Shown piece after piece: positions 25,186 through 39,769 of a DNA stretch of 64,000 bases. The position numbers and the translations under genes were made by a program. The stretch covers positions 41,678 to 105,677 of the forward strand of contig NMRA01000603.1 of NCBI GenBank assembly GCA_002633005.1, written 5' to 3'. The notes beneath the pieces were generated by a model. It saw nothing but the letters and a program-made list of their open reading frames with translations. It was not told where the DNA came from and ran no database searches. This DNA comes from Phoronis australis. Taxonomy: Eukaryota > Animalia > Phoronida. The first letter of the stretch is position 1, and every line of letters starts with the position of its first letter.

Positions 25186-28100
25186 GTGCTTATGTAAGAA
25201 AGCAAGTGAAAATTCAAAAATATTTCCAATATTCCTTTGTCATTTTCAGTTGAAAATTGCGTTTACTAAACATCCATTGACTGTGCAAAAATATATAGTC
25301 CGGATACCTATCGTCGTCAGGCAGCCACGCGGGACCTAGCGTTCCAATTTAGTGTGGTTGTCTGCACCTTATGTACTCACCTCCCGCGAGTAACACGCAT
25401 CGAAGAACTGAGACGAAAATCGGTGCATTTAGCGACTGTGTTTTGAAACCACTTAAAAATTTGTAGATTTTACTAATGCACTTTTTGTTCATTTACAGAA
25501 GATATTTTCACAATTAAATTTTCTCCAGACGAAACAAAAAACAACACGGGATTGTTTATGCAATGTATTTATTTGTCCCAGCCACTAACCGACACCTGTT
25601 AGGCCAAAGGAAAAACGCAGCAGACAAATGCAACACGCTGGGTGCTTAACAATGTCGGCTCATGCACTGGTCATCGAAATATTGTCCACTTGTTTTTTAT
25701 TGCGAAACAAAGTACTGAGCTCAACATTTATGTTGAATTTTTTGATTAAAGCATTTTGGATTTGTGTGAAGAAAATTAAAGTACTTGAATTGATAGAGAG
25801 TGGCCAGCAATAAAGTAAAACATTGATTTTATGTCATTATATTGCATTGTTACATACAACTCAGCATGACATAATTAAAACTAAAAGAAGGAATTGAGCA
25901 ATAAAATGCAAATACAACTTGGGTATTTATTTCTTTATTGTTTTATTTATTGTTTTATTTATGATAGCAGAAGTCTGTTAAAGGTCACAAAAATCAAACA
26001 ATATTTTATTGGGCAATTTATTAGAATAACTGCATCGAGGTTCAATGACCAACTTCCGCCGACCACGTCTCAAAAGGTTACAGTTCTGTTTTGGCTGACA
26101 AGGTGTTAACAGAGAATGAAGAAAAACTGAAAAGAAAAAGAAAGACAGCAGAGATAATTGGTATTAAGAACAGCAGCAGCAAAAAGTCAAATAAAGAGGA
26201 CACAAATACAAAATAAGTAATGTAATGTCTATCTGAAATAAAACAATCGCGATTTATTTTCCCGAACTGAAATTCCAAATCGATTTTAATCGACATCAAA
26301 CCAGAATAACAGTTTGGGGTTGATCTACAATTCTTGTAAACCACGTTCCACTATTTTCTTTGCCTTTTTGCGTGGTTTTCTGTTCTTTCAAAAGGCGGCA
26401 GCATATGACGACCATAGGAGTATTTATAAAATGGCTGCCGAAAAGCAATGCACTGTTGAAGCAACTCGGTATCAATAAAAGAAAACTTCTGAATCAGCGA
26501 ATAATATATGTGTGTGAGAGTTAAATCAAATCTTATTCAAAGCATGACTTTGAAGTGAAATAACTGGGTGAGTACGACAACAAGCCGGTTTTATGCTTTA
26601 GCGGACTACTATTGGGTTACCGAGTATATATGTACATCCAACAGTGTGTGTACATCGTTCTACATCAATTTGTCACGTTCTGTTCTACACCACTATACTT
26701 CTAATTAGATACGTGAAATACAACTACCGTTCTTCTGCATCCATGTTATTTTTATCATTGTTTGCAATAACCTCTGATAAATGTTAAAGTTTTACAATTC
26801 AGTTCCTGAAACTTTAGTTCAAACTGTGTCTCATTAGTTGCTCGCCTCTATTTCTTGTATAAACAAGTTTTTAAGAAACGGAGGCTGTTTATTTTGTACA
26901 AGCTTAGTTGTTAGAACTACACGCGGTATTTGATTTTACTGTCATTTTCTGGACTTTCCCGAGTCCTAATTTAATCTGCAGGTTTTGAAATTTTTCCATT
27001 GACGTTGTGCAATGCTTTGTTTAACATTTGTATAAATAACAAATGAATGCTATTCTGAGTATGTGTTATAACTGGTTTTTCGTGTTTTCAATTGTCTCAT
27101 TGGTTTATGTACATAATCCTCGGTTTTCGCATTTACCAAAGAAAGCGTGGTTATAAACTGTCTGTTTGGTTGTTATCCCCTAAATTGTTTATTAAACTGA
27201 TGCAGCTGGTCAAAAGTAGTTCCATTCATTCATGTGTGGTTTTGGAGTAAGGGTCTGTTGTGTCCGTCAGCAGTTAGCCTGGTGCTTATTGTAGTTAGAT
27301 ATCGTTTATGATAAGGGTCTGAAAATTTTTAGACCAGGCGAACAATCGTCTTGGAACGGTAATTTGTCTTCTTTAGAAATCAAACATGAAACAAAAACCA
27401 TGACGGTTTTTGAAGGGAGCTTCAACAAGATGAAAGCAAATACAATTTAATATTGATTAAAACACATGTGTTCATTCTTTACGTAAGTGGATGTTAGTTT
27501 ATTATTGTGCCCATTTTCAATCACACAGTTTTTGTTGCACGTCATTTTTATAATGTTTGATACGAAATCTTCGATACAATGAATATACATAACCGAGAAA
27601 GCGCCAAAACGCATTATTTCTGGGTTAAAAAAGTACAAAGAAATCTATATACAATTATTTTACACAAATACATAAAAAAGAAATCTGTATGAAATTATTT
27701 TACACAAATACATAAATTAAAAAAACTGTTGTTAAGATTACAATGGCATATGATTAGGAAAGTAAATAAATCATTTTCATACACAATTCTATCCATTCAT
27801 TCAAAAAGATTTAATATCATACATGTCAAGAAATTCTGATACGATATCGAATAAAACCGTATTTTCATTTGGGTTGAGTTCTTCACTTCCATATAGAAAA
27901 TTTTAATTTTGTTGTACACTTTCGGGATTTCAAAACATTTTTTATAAATACTGGGTTTATTGTTCCAATAGCTGGAAAAGCTGTACCCTCTGCTCCTTGC
28001 ATACCTCACAAGAAAAGAAAGCAAGACCATTTGTCTGTGCGTCTCCACAGCAACACAGAGGCGAAATATTATTAAAATCATGTCTAAATTTCTCGTTGTT

Positions 28101-28189
28101 TAGGAATAGACCGCATCTTGATCTTTAAAGGATTATTTCGTGGTTGCGAGGAAGTTGGAACGATGTCAATGGGACTGGCAACTCTTGAG

Positions 28190-30050
28190 TAGTAGTATGC
28201 ATTTTAAAGTTATTTTTAGAGTAACGATTGACGTGCTTTCTTTTATTTTGGATGGTAAGGAATTCCAGTTGTCAATACAAGTTAATATGGTAGATTTCCT
28301 GAAGGCTTGGTTGAGGGAAGATGGAACAGTGTGCATATTACTTTGCCGCAGTCCTGGACTCGCGTTAGGTCTTTTGTAGGAGTCAAAGAGGATTTTGTTT
28401 GAGTAATTGTTTAAGTTGGTTAAGACTTTGAACGTCATTAAGGTATGAATTTATCAGGGCTTACCTGGTCTGGACTCCGCCGCTAAATTATGTTGACTGA
28501 TTGCTCTGCTTTTTATTTTTTCTCTTTGAATTGATTTAGTAAATCAACTAACTCTCAGTAGATTCTTAGTATTTAGTTACAAACCTGACATGTCATTGAA
28601 ATGTAGTGTACGTACCCCTGTGTGGTGTACGTACCCCCATGTGAATAAATACCATGAAACAAAAAAGACACGATAAATATGCAACATTTGTCACAGACAG
28701 TTTCCTCTATTCAAAATGCTAGGTTAAAAGGGTGTTAATTACAAATACATTTGTTTTGAGTGAAATATTAGCATTTGTGTAGTGTACGTACCCCTATATT
28801 TTAACATGTGCCTGTTTTCAAAGAATGACAGACAGAAATGCACATGACTGCATGCTGTACTTTTTATTTGTTCTCTTTGAATATTGGTACATGTAAATGA
28901 ACTAACTCTCAGTAGATTTTAATAATTTTTATGAACCTGAAATGTCATTGAAATGTGGCGTCCGTTCCCCTGTGTAGTGTGCGTACCTTCAACTTCTGTT
29001 CTATAAGGTATGGCCCACAAGAATTTTACATACTGCTGTTCTCATGAACAATACTGACATTTCCAAACTGAATACAGTCTGACAAAAAAAACTATGTACA
29101 CTGTACATTATAAAATTTGTGGACAATAAAATGCTGCACAGGACTTGACTAGTACAGAAAATCCTAGAAGACATTTCATGTGACAACTGATGTTGCAGAG
29201 GCAGGTTCTCTATCTCTCAAGACAACTCCAACTTGCAACAAACCAACAAGTAGAGGCAGCACAAAACTCGAGACCATCCCATACATTTGTAACTTAGTCT
29301 AAATTTGACGTCGATTGACTGTGCGTAGTGTACGTACCCCCCAACCAGTACCATTTTTTACTGTTTACAAGTGGAACACTGGGCCTAGCATTTCTTTAGC
29401 TATTTTGACCAACTGGTGAATGTATTGAAAACTAGGCAAATAGCACAATAAAGATTTTGAAAAAGTAGTTACTTGTCATTTTATTTTTGTAAGAATCATA
29501 TTGCAAGAGAAGGAAGTTATTATACTGTGTTAAGATATGCAATGTATCATCATCTATAACAGCTTGATCAGCGCGGTAATAACTTTTCTTATTTTAGTAT
29601 GTGATACTTCTTTAATTTAATCAAAAACTTAATAAATTAACAGTTACCTTATGAATTTTTGCATGGTAGAAGTGGGTTGTGACCACAAGTTATAGTGTAC
29701 GTACCCTTTTATACAACTGTGATGCATTAGACCATAAAATTTTATTCGGTGGTTCTTGTGCAAAAATATTTTAGATTGCAAACCTGGAATGATGGTACTT
29801 TAAAATAATCTAGCTTTTACAGTTACATGACAACCTTCATTTTTCACCAAAAGTGGCCACCGAATATGGACCTTGATTGTGATTTGGCCGATACTAGTAC
29901 AACTGTACATAATAACAGTAATCACAAGAGCAATAATCAATAAGAAATGACATAGCTCGAGACCGGGTAAAATTAGGTACTGCACAAACAGGTAAAAGCA
30001 TTTTATAATCCCTTGAAAATATACATTAAAAAATAATAGCCTCCGAGCCA
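28190..30050 (-). mobile_element. CR1/L2-like LINE ORF2 3' fragment split by a TTAA insertion
   Basis: 29800-30051 reads LFVQYLILPGLELC...IRWPLL; 28166-28438 continues TFKVL...WNSLPSKIKESTSIVTLKITLK, the typical ORF2 C-terminal WNSLP motif. Confidence 0.6.
28442..29799. mobile_element. TTAA-flanked non-autonomous DNA element (Kolobok/Crypton-like) with repeated tagtgtacgtaccc motif
   Basis: TTAA at 28438-28441 and 29800-29803; ends ggta...tact. Interrupts a LINE that is continuous on both sides. Motif (g)tagtgtacgtaccc recurs about six times, and a ~85-bp block is duplicated (28545, 28900). Confidence 0.55.
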
Positions 30051-30278
30051 TAGCATGTGTGACACTTCATCAGTTGTGAAGACAAGTGGCGTGAAAGGCT
30101 TACTTACATGTATTGCAGCCTCTTCAGAATTGCGAAGGGGAGGGACGAGAGAAAATGAAAAGGATAGAGGAAATCGGAATGGTTAAAAGGCGGGGCTTCT
30201 TATGTGATTCATGTCTTCACGAAGAGCACCGACATAAATGCAGATACATGTACGCTTGTGTCATTGGTGATAACTTAC

Positions 30279-32564
30279 AGGCCCGTAGGCCCCTACTCAG
30301 CATTGCGCAGGGATTGGTTCAAATTTCTGTAATGGTGAATCTTTGATACTTTGCAAACGTTGACGCTGAAAAGTTTTCAGTAAGACCCTGGACGCAGCTT
30401 ATTATTATGGATGGGAAATCTGTATACCAATGTTGACTCTCAACTATCTTCCTGAGATGAGACAGAATTCGTAATGCCAGAAATGAGGATTCCCTGACGA
30501 TTGCTCGCGAAGAACAGGCCTCAAATTTGGATGTAATGTGGAAACAGAACGTTACTTTCTGCCAAATGTTAAAATCACGCTTTCGTAGATGAGTGGTTAC
30601 ACCTCATTACGTATATTTAATCTGAGAATGATTTGAAATTTTTAATTATCTGGTTGGATTTTTGTGTAAATGTTAACTACTCCGAAGTTCACTATTTCAA
30701 AGGTTCACATTTGGACATTTTGGAGTCAGGTGTAATTTTCAACCTTAGCAAGCAAAAATAAAAGATACTTCGGTTAATAGATTCACTTGGTTCAAGTTGG
30801 TTGACCTATATCGAAAGCTACGATATTGTACTAAAACACGTTGTTTGGATTTCATGCGATATGAAAACATGAGTACCCGGTACGTACGTAATTTCATTTT
30901 TAAAAATATGAATTCGGACTATATTGCTGAATTATCAACCACGATACTTTCATCAAATACATGTCTAGATTACATAATTTCAGAACGCAACTAAAAAGTT
31001 TAGGGCCGCAGCGCCTGAACATCACCCAGTGCGTAACCACGCGCACGGACGGGTCGAAACTAAATATAGTTAGTACATGTACATGTAGGCTAGCCTGTCC
31101 CTTCCAGTCTTTACGAAGTCAGAGAGTCCCATTCAGTTTTCTTAAAATATACCGCCGTTGATCGCCACAGCCCCGACCCATGCCCTAGATGTTGTCCCTA
31201 ATTAAGAATTGCACGAACCACCACACTATATTGTTCGTACTTGTGCTCCAATGCTTGTGTGTATCACTTTGTGTTCGTGTGTACAGCTATGTTTTTTGTG
31301 GTTCGTGCCCATGATTCTTGTTAACTACTGGACAGAAGCTACTATCAATGCAGCTTACTGACACCGTATCAATAGAAAAATCTCACAATACCTATCATAT
31401 CAGCAGACGCTTATAACCAAGGCGGCACTCAACACTGAAATGCATATCACAATAAATGCTAACTGACATTAAACTTTCTACAAAACACGTTGGTTGCATA
31501 CACCAGGTGTAAAACAAAACGCTATACAATAATAGCAAACTAACCTGAGACAGACGGACCATGGTGAATATTGAAGTAGGCCTGTAATGGAATACTTGTG
31601 TAACTATTGCTCTTAGGCACTGAATAAATGCACCTCAGCCGGGGTGCATCCTTAACTGTGGAGCAATGGCCTTCAAATCACCCAGACCGATATCCAATTT
31701 GTTCTCATTACAACCTTATGAGTGGGAGGAATGATCTAACTACATAATAAGCACATCAGGCCCGAAGCCAGCATTACGTGGGGGTGGTTCGAATTTCTAG
31801 AACGGCGGGCCTTTGATATTTTGCAAACGTCAACACTAGAGGTTTCAGTAAGGCTCTAGACGCAGATTAATTATGGGTGAAGCTGTATATGCAACCATGA
31901 CTCTCAGCTCTATGTTCCTGAGATGAGACGACATTCGTAAAACCAGAAATGAGGGTTGCTCACAAAGAACAGGACACAAATTCGGATGTAATGTGGTCCA
32001 AAGAGAAAACGTCCTGACGTTACCTCCTGTCAAACTCTCAAATCAGGCGTGCTTCAATGACTGATTACACTTTATTATATACTGGGACGGAAATATTTAG
32101 TAGGAAATTTTCTTGACGAAATTTCTTATCTAGTTCACGGTAGTTTTTCGTGTTACTTAAGTTGCTTGCCTCGCTGGAAATGGGAACAATCCACTGTTTG
32201 CAAGGTTCACTATTCCGAAGGTTTACTACTTCGAAAGTTCATTACTCGGAGAGTTTGGCACTACTCCAAAAATATCTGAAATTTTTGGGGGGCGTACCTA
32301 TATCGAAAAAAGCAACGCCCGCACATCTTACGAATATGGAAAATCAGTACGTACTAATTTGCTTTTCAAAAGAGTATGAAATAGAGATATTAATGAATTT
32401 CCAACCACTATGCATTCTTCAAATCCATGTCGAGATCTCATCATTTCAAAGAACAACTGAAAAGTTTAGGGCCGCTGCGTCTATGCCTCACCCATCGGAA
32501 CCATGCGCACAGCGGGGTCGAAACTAAATGTTGTTAGTACGTTGGCTGCCCTGTCCATGCCAGT
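30279..32564. repeat. Diverged direct duplication (~0.8-kb homologous blocks at ~30279-31110 and ~31758-32564)
   Basis: Shared blocks such as tttgcaaacgt...ttttcagtaag, ttcctgagatgagac..attcgtaa..ccagaaatgagg, aaaagtttagggccgc and gggtcgaaactaaat. Confidence 0.75.
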
Positions 32565-32827
32565 CATGCGCGCCCAGGGTGGGGGAAGCTCGCCATGACC
32601 CCCCTCCTCCATTTGGCCACGTGGGCAAAAAAGTCGCCTCAGAGAAACAATAAGTCCGAGGAAACGAGACAAAAGTCCACAGAAACCACAGACATACCGT
32701 CGCGAATGCACAATTCATAGGTCTGAACCTTGTACGCCCTTTTTTTAGTCCTCGTCTTTTTCCAGTAAAATGTCCACATTCCACGAAATTCGAACCCCCA
32801 TGTATTTCTAGGCTGGGTGCGCGCATG
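32565..32827 (+). mobile_element. MITE family B, best-preserved copy
   Basis: TIRs catgcgcgcccag / ctgggtgcgcgcatg; homologous to 3568-3790 and, reversed, to 39532-39762. Confidence 0.7.
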
Positions 32828-34441
32828 CTCTTGCATACTCTTTAAACGGTTACTAAATGGACACAAATACAATATTTCATTCATGTCAGTTTCAACATAA
32901 TAGCATACAGTCCGAGAAATGAACTGCGGAATTTTGTACTCAGGAATTGTGGACATTCGAAGAAGTCTGAACTTTCGAAGTTAGCCAAACCTCGGAGTAG
33001 GGTTAGTGAATCTTCGGAATAGTGGCATGTAGCCTTGGAAATCTTTTCCATCAAGTTTGTTGCTCGTATCATATGAAATCTGCGAGGTTGTGCACAATTG
33101 ACGCTGAATGACAACAGAACACTTTATTCATTGACCAAAGTCTTCATTTGCTGTACACATGCTTTTCCCTAACAAGTGAACTCGCTCATCGAGTTTTACT
33201 CACAGCAAGAAAACACGGTAGTTTAATGTCTGGATTTTGAGCGACCACAAAGACGGTCTGCAGTGAACTTTCCGCCGGCGTATATTGAATTTAAAAGAAT
33301 GGAAACGCTCACATGAGTACACGCTTGCATGTCAATCCACCAATCCACAATCACAGTGGACACTGGATGAACAACATATTTGACGACCACTTTCAATTCG
33401 AAAGTTGAAAGTGCCTTCCCTTTACCGTGCTATGCTAGCACTGAGTACACCAACGTAGCAGATAAGAAAGCTATTTTCTTGGTCGTTTTGAAGGCATTTA
33501 AACCGCATGGGAGCTTCCTCTCAGCTACATACGCATAGCCATTTACTTCTAGGCCCTTTGTTATCCTATGGTGTAGCCACTGCAATGTCGATGAATAACA
33601 TACATGTAAAGTCTCTTGTAACCGTCTGCAAGAGCCAGTCATCTACTCAAACAGTACTCGTTCTTATTTTTGTTTTAGTAAAGCATATTTAGTACGGAAA
33701 CTGGTAGTGAAAAAACCACCCGAGTGGCTGAGGCTCTGTATACATGGGCGTGTCTGCGGGTGGACGACTCATTTTGTCCCAAGTTGTCAGTGGTTTACGG
33801 TAGATTTCAAAGCTCCAATAGATGGCATATTACTGAAGTTATCAATTTCGATAACTCTTGTATGCAGTACTCACATTACACTCACCCACGGGTTCAAGAT
33901 AAACGTGAGAGAAATATAACGCGAACTAAAACTTTGGAGACTGTGAAAACTGTGTTGTTTGCGGAGCATCGTAAATTACAGAGCACAATTTATGATATTT
34001 TTGCAAGAAATTCAGGCTTCTAGGGGATACTCTGTGAATTTTCATTAGTTGCACTCGTTTAAAAATGTAAGTGATGTAGTCATGCCAGTGTAATGACCGA
34101 AGTAAAACATGAGTAATTCGTTTTTGTTGTTACAACTAGAAATTGTTTATGGAGGCAACCTTGCATAATGGCAATTAAAAAGAAATGGTTTCCTTCCATT
34201 TACCTCGTGAGTTAACACGACAGTGTGTTATCCTCAGTTATCATAAATTGAACACTTGCCAGGGGGCGATACTTGTGAAACACTATGCCGTTCCTACATT
34301 ATCCAAGATTATATTCGAGTGAAGTGTCTGGCAAAAATCATTGGGGGGCACAAACCATTTCGACTTTGCAAACACTGAAGCCCCCCATCGCCACTACNCA
34401 CCATATTTGTACCGAGTCTCCCACGTCCGCCATAGGGGGTA

Positions 34442-34598
34442 CAGTGGCGGATTTAGGGGTTTCCCAGGAGCCATGGCCCCTGTAAAATTCTCCCTGGTTC
34501 CATTTGGCAATTCTAGGGTGTGAATTTCTGACGGGTAAAACCCTAGCCAATACTCTGCCCTGCCCTGCCCCCAACTCAAAATCATGAATCCGCCTCTG
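34442..34598 (+). mobile_element. MITE family A, copy 3
   Basis: cagtggcggatttagggg...aatccgcctctg with the shared core. Confidence 0.7.
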
Positions 34599-36249
34599 GG
34601 ACAATTCCGCGGTGATGAAGCCATCAAGAGTTTAGTAACCGTGAACCAACACGGAGAGTAAGAATGGGGCTAGGACCAGTACACTGACTGGTAGCGAGGA
34701 GCTGCCACAAACAGCTATGACTGAGCTCCAACAGTGTGACGGGTAACCGGGGAATATGAGAGATGGGGCATTCGTATTAATCCAGGTGTATTTTTCCTCA
34801 TTTCAGAGGTGCCTATAACGGTTCACGAGGTAAACTTGAACTCCACTGACGCTACAGTCTTTGTTTATTATTGCGAGAGTTCTTTCAGTACCCCTTTTCG
34901 ACATGTACATGTACACGGTCATCAAAAATAGTAGCCTTCAGGTGTAGACAACAGTATTTTCCACATGTGGGAATTCCTTATAAATGACTCATAGTAACCA
35001 TCTTTAAAAGAGATACTATTCTTGTGATACAACGGGAAACAGTAGCATTATTTTATTACTACTGTAATCATCGGAAATAGTCCTTTTGTGTAATTCTCGA
35101 ATGGTGGTCTTCACGCTCTTCAAAATTCAGCCTTTCGATGGCGGCAATTCTACGGTATTTTTTCATGTTTTGGTTGTTTGGGTTGAATGGCTGTGCTGTG
35201 CACGAATGTTTTGTCTTTTTTGATGAATTTGTAATCTCAATTTCCATTGTGAACACTTGGCAGTGTCGGATTTACAAAGGGACATTTTCAATGAACTGCT
35301 CCACTGTATGGAGAGGGTACCGTCTGAAATGGGACACCTTAAGATGAAGGGCTAAACACCATTAAGCTTGGAAAAAGGGTGACAGTGCATTCCACCGTAG
35401 TGTGGTCCCAAAAAGATGCAGGGAGTGACCTCCTTCAACATGAAACCCGGTTGCACAATTTCACAAAAAGCAGGAAAATAGAGGTAATCGATTTCAACAC
35501 TGGGCCCTCTCTCCGTGAGTGGCCCCTTAAGAAGTTGTCAATAAAAACACAAAAGGGTGACCACTTGAATGTCATCAATGGCCTCCTTCAAGGATGGGGC
35601 TCCTAAATATGAAAATATCTATATTTTCAAATGTCAGGAAATACGCAGAAATTGATGTTATCTGTCAGGTCATCATTTTTTCTCAAGTATTACACAGAGA
35701 GAAAAATAAAGCAAAAGTTGTCTCCGTTGTCCCTTGCCAGAGAAAGGCATTTGGAAAAATATAGTTTTGCATTCGCAAAATTAACTTATTGAATTTGAAA
35801 ATCCAAAAATTAGTACACTCCGCAAAAGCTTCGCTTTACAAATTTTCTCAATTTTTTTGAAATATGTGTATGGTTGATTTCGTGCACGTTTTCAAGTGCG
35901 TTTAGATGACCTGTGCTGCAAAAGTGGAAACCCTAACGACAGTGTCCTGGCCAGCGTCCTCAAAATGTAAACCATGCACTGATACAGAGTTGTTAAATGT
36001 TCTCTTGAATTATCTATCTTATCCGTATTTCGCAGTCTTTCTTTTCTCGACTGTCCCCGGCCCCACGCATATGTCGGTTGTCAAGGTTTAACCCTGACGC
36101 CTGAAAGTTTATTGGGGCCCCGTGTCCCCCCCCCCGCTTCCTACGTCCCTGCTACTAGAAGAGGTCTTATTGGCCATCCTGCGACAAATGTTGTCATATC
36201 GGTATTTATGTTTTTAAATTTGTATTCCTCACTTATTCGAACATAGTGT

Positions 36250-37260
36250 GGACAGAGTTGAATTCACTGATTGCTTTTGCAGTTACATTTCTTTGCACCG
36301 AAGTTGACATTGTTTCTTTTTCTGAAGTTGATTGGTATATAATTCTAAAGTTTACATTCAAAGGCAACGTTGAAATCGTTGTGATTTTTGAGGAGTTTTT
36401 ATCAGTGGCATTACACGATCCACAAAATTTGTGGTTGAATTTTATTTGACATCAAGTCATGCGTGTGTGGGCTGGATAGAATTTCCTCAGTCTGTTTTCT
36501 GAGTTCAAAGTATAGAGACCATGTCGTACATGGTTCGGTTTCTATATATCATACCTTTATCGTGGTTAGGCGATATGTGCTGGAATCCAATAATTACAGA
36601 CTGACCAATCCTAAACAGTTTAAGCAAGAGAAACACTTGAACATTTATGAATTTCTATATTACAGGCTAACGGACATGTTTCTGCGGACATAGCATGCGA
36701 TGACATGGACGATGACTGTAAATGCATCATAACAATTGGGTATACATTTAAATTATGATTTATCCAATTTTTTATAAAAATTCATCATCATTGTTCAATG
36801 CTGACAATGTGTATGTAGTGAAAATATATCTTATACTGACTATTGGTATTTATAGCTCGGTGTATGGACAGCAATGAATCTCGTGTTTGAGGCCCTGACA
36901 GGACAGAAATCCTTTCACACTTGCAACCATTAGGTCCCGTAAACTGACTAAAGAGGGGATCGTGAGGCGTCAAGTGACGTTCTATACATAAAACATAGAA
37001 TTCCGAACGAACTTTATTTTTAAATACATTTTTAAATACAGTTAAAACTGTTCTCCAGTGCACATAATAGGAGCCCTGTTACTTAGTAGTTCAACCGCGT
37101 TACACGGGCTAGGTGCTGTGTCCTTTTTGAGTGTCAGCGATGTTCGGATTTTTTCTTCTGTTAAAGGCTCAACACTCTCTTTCTACCACTTTCTTCGAAA
37201 GTTGTCGCACTTGTTCATTCGGTCATTGCATTTATTCTTCTCTGAAAATTAGGAGATTTA
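36250..37260 (-). mobile_element. Decayed LINE (RTE-like) reverse-transcriptase fragment
   Basis: EPLTEEKIRTSLTLKKDTAPSPCNAVELL (IT..EI...LK..KAPGPD....ELL-like), ERISVLS (YR.ISLLS-like), GIPAHI. Confidence 0.45.
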
Positions 37261-37949
37261 CTGGAATTTTAGTGAAAAGTTGATGTCAAATCTTATTTTG
37301 CGTCATTAGACAAATGATAAGCACATGGAAATCGGTGTAAAATGTAATGAATCCCAGTTTTTTCAAGATGTAAGATTGTTAAATATAGGTTATTCTGTAT
37401 TTTTACAAATCATAAATGCTTCTCTGAACTAGAAGTTTTGAATTTTTTCAGGTGTTTAGTATTCATGATAAATTACCTGTACGTCAGCTTGACGGGATGC
37501 ATAAGCTTGCAGACCACGTTGAGCTGAGGTCACTAAGGCTGGACCTGCAGTAGCTGTAGCGACTGACCTCTCTTTCCTTCCTCTACCTCATCTTACACTT
37601 ACACCTCTCCTTGTTCTCCTGGCTCTCCCTCATACCCTGTGGAAATAAACAGGCCTTTCAAATTCCACATAAAGTCTCGAAGATCATCAAGAGCCATGCC
37701 TAACATTGGATGAAATTTCAAAACCAAAGCAAATGTTTCAAAAAGGACTGGTGATATGTAAAAAAATTCTGTTTGCGACGGTATTCCATTTGTGAGTTCT
37801 CAATCTCAGTCTGTTGGTCTAAGCGCTTGTCACGTTTTACCCCATGGATAGGTGGTTGCAGGTTGTCACTCATCGATGCTAATATCGTTTGATGCAATGG
37901 TAGACTGAACACTGGTTGGAAGTAATCACTTCATTAATTTTGACTGCAC

Positions 37950-38210
37950 GCTCACAAGTCCAGTTAAACAAAACGTATAAGGTAATGTCTTTTCTGTGCT
38001 CAGCCAGTGCTACAAAGACTTGACTTGTGAATCACTTTCAGAACCTGCTACAATTGTTGGTTCAATAGCACGGCACTTTTGACAGCTTTTCGTTCCCTAA
38101 CCACACCTGAAGTGTTAGAAAAGTTCTGTGCAATTGAAACTGCCCTACGGCTGAAGTTGGAGCCAATGAATAATGTTGTGAACTATGGCAGTACCTCGAC
38201 GTTCTGTTAC
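37950..38210 (-). mobile_element. Academ-like transposon protein C-terminal relic
   Basis: SLAPTSAVGQFQLHRTF../QVWLGN resembles the LPPT...H..R.YLQ..W motif, also seen at 53870-54085. Confidence 0.4.
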
Positions 38211-39531
38211 ATGCATTTTCTCGTCTGGAATAATAATTAGATGCACCGTGGACAGTAGAAAAAATTATTTTCGATTAATGTTGCTGAAATTTCTTATGTT
38301 TTAACTGGGGCCAATTTGCTGGAAGTTGACGTGCATTTTATCATTTTCTTTGTCCAAAGGTGTGTTGATTGATTCTGTCCTTTTTTATAAACGCAGTTAT
38401 GTTGCTCAAATGGCATGACATCATATTTCATGCATTATGTAACTTTGTATCCTTCCATGAGTCCATACATCACTGATTTTCATTGTAGTCAGCTCAATAA
38501 AACAAAAGTTGATTGCAAATCACAGACTTATGCAAATCCCTAAATTGCGAAGTGCTTGCAGTTATAGTCAGTGAAAATGTGCAACATACTTTGAAGCAAA
38601 GCATAATTACTTAGATTATGAAAACGTTTTGAATGCTGTTGGGACTGAATGTTCATGATGATGCATATTATAACTGGGTGAACAATTGTGTCAATTACAC
38701 ATTTACCAACACTCTTTGGAACGCATTTGTCTTTGACTTATCATCGTCACGTCTTTCCATATAATGACAATGTATTGTATCAGATGACTGGATTTAACAG
38801 CTTTTGAGATACTAGAAAATAAACTGTTTTAGGTTCAAAACATATCAAAATTTAGCATTAGAAAGTTAAACTTCCCATTTTTTAGTTTTTTTTAAATCAC
38901 TGAGTCAGTGAAGCACCTTGTAATTAGTTAGAATTACTGTAAATAACAGTGTGATTACTATGACATAGATTTAACTGATTTAAGTAAAATGCAGCTGAAG
39001 TATTTGCGGTTGGTCAATGTTAACATGAACATTTGAATCCTAAAATGCACTGGCTACATGTACTTTGGACCCACTGAGTATAAAGAATTCCAAAAAGCCT
39101 TGGGTCAGAAATTTTGGGGGATTTTTGAATCTTCCCACCACTAACAGCTGGGTATTTAGCTAATTCAAGTAGCAACTACATGTACTCGGCCACTTAATAA
39201 ACGGTGAATACGCAGTCTTCATGTAGGACCAATCACCCCGAAATAGTTGTACTTATAAATCCAACGTACGGTCACTATACATTGAAATGTTTTAGCAAAA
39301 TGTTGGTGTTCATGATGACTATAGATTAAAGACAACATAGTTTATGATTTTGACCATACGACAATCGGTGAGGCGGGCGATTTTCACTCACTTAACAATA
39401 AGACATGAATCGAACGTTTTCCGTTAAAAATGCACATAAATGAAATCCTAGGCAAAAGTAGACTAGGTCATACTTGGACAAGCATAAAAACCAAATAAGT
39501 CGAAAACTTCACTTCAGAAATGGGACTTCTT

Positions 39532-39762
39532 CATGCGCGCACCTAACCTTTAATATGGGGGGCTCGAATTCCTGACGATGTGGACTTTTTACTAACCAAA
39601 TAGTCGATTGACTAAAAACATTACCACGATCGGAGCTGTGTACGTGATATGAAATGTGCGTTTGCACCTTTTTAATGGACTTTTATCTCGTTTTCTCGCA
39701 CTTTTTGTTTCTCTGAGGCGGATCTTTTTGCCCACTTTGCCAAAGGAGGGGCTCGTTCGAAC
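39532..39762 (-). mobile_element. MITE family B, reverse copy, truncated
   Basis: Starts catgcgcgcacc; tgtttctctgaggcg..ctttttgcccac is the reverse complement of 32620-32650. Confidence 0.6.
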
Positions 39763-39769
39763 AACTACT

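Noticed and set aside
28600-29710. Recurring tagtgtacgtaccc motif as a CRISPR-like array
   Set aside because: Motif too short, spacing irregular, eukaryotic TE context and no cas genes.
33560-33760. Possible further THAP relic (FHYQFP...LHVC) on the minus strand; similar weak hints at 14600-14790 and 52200-52335
   Set aside because: Key C2CH residues are not recoverable by eye; an HMM search would be needed.
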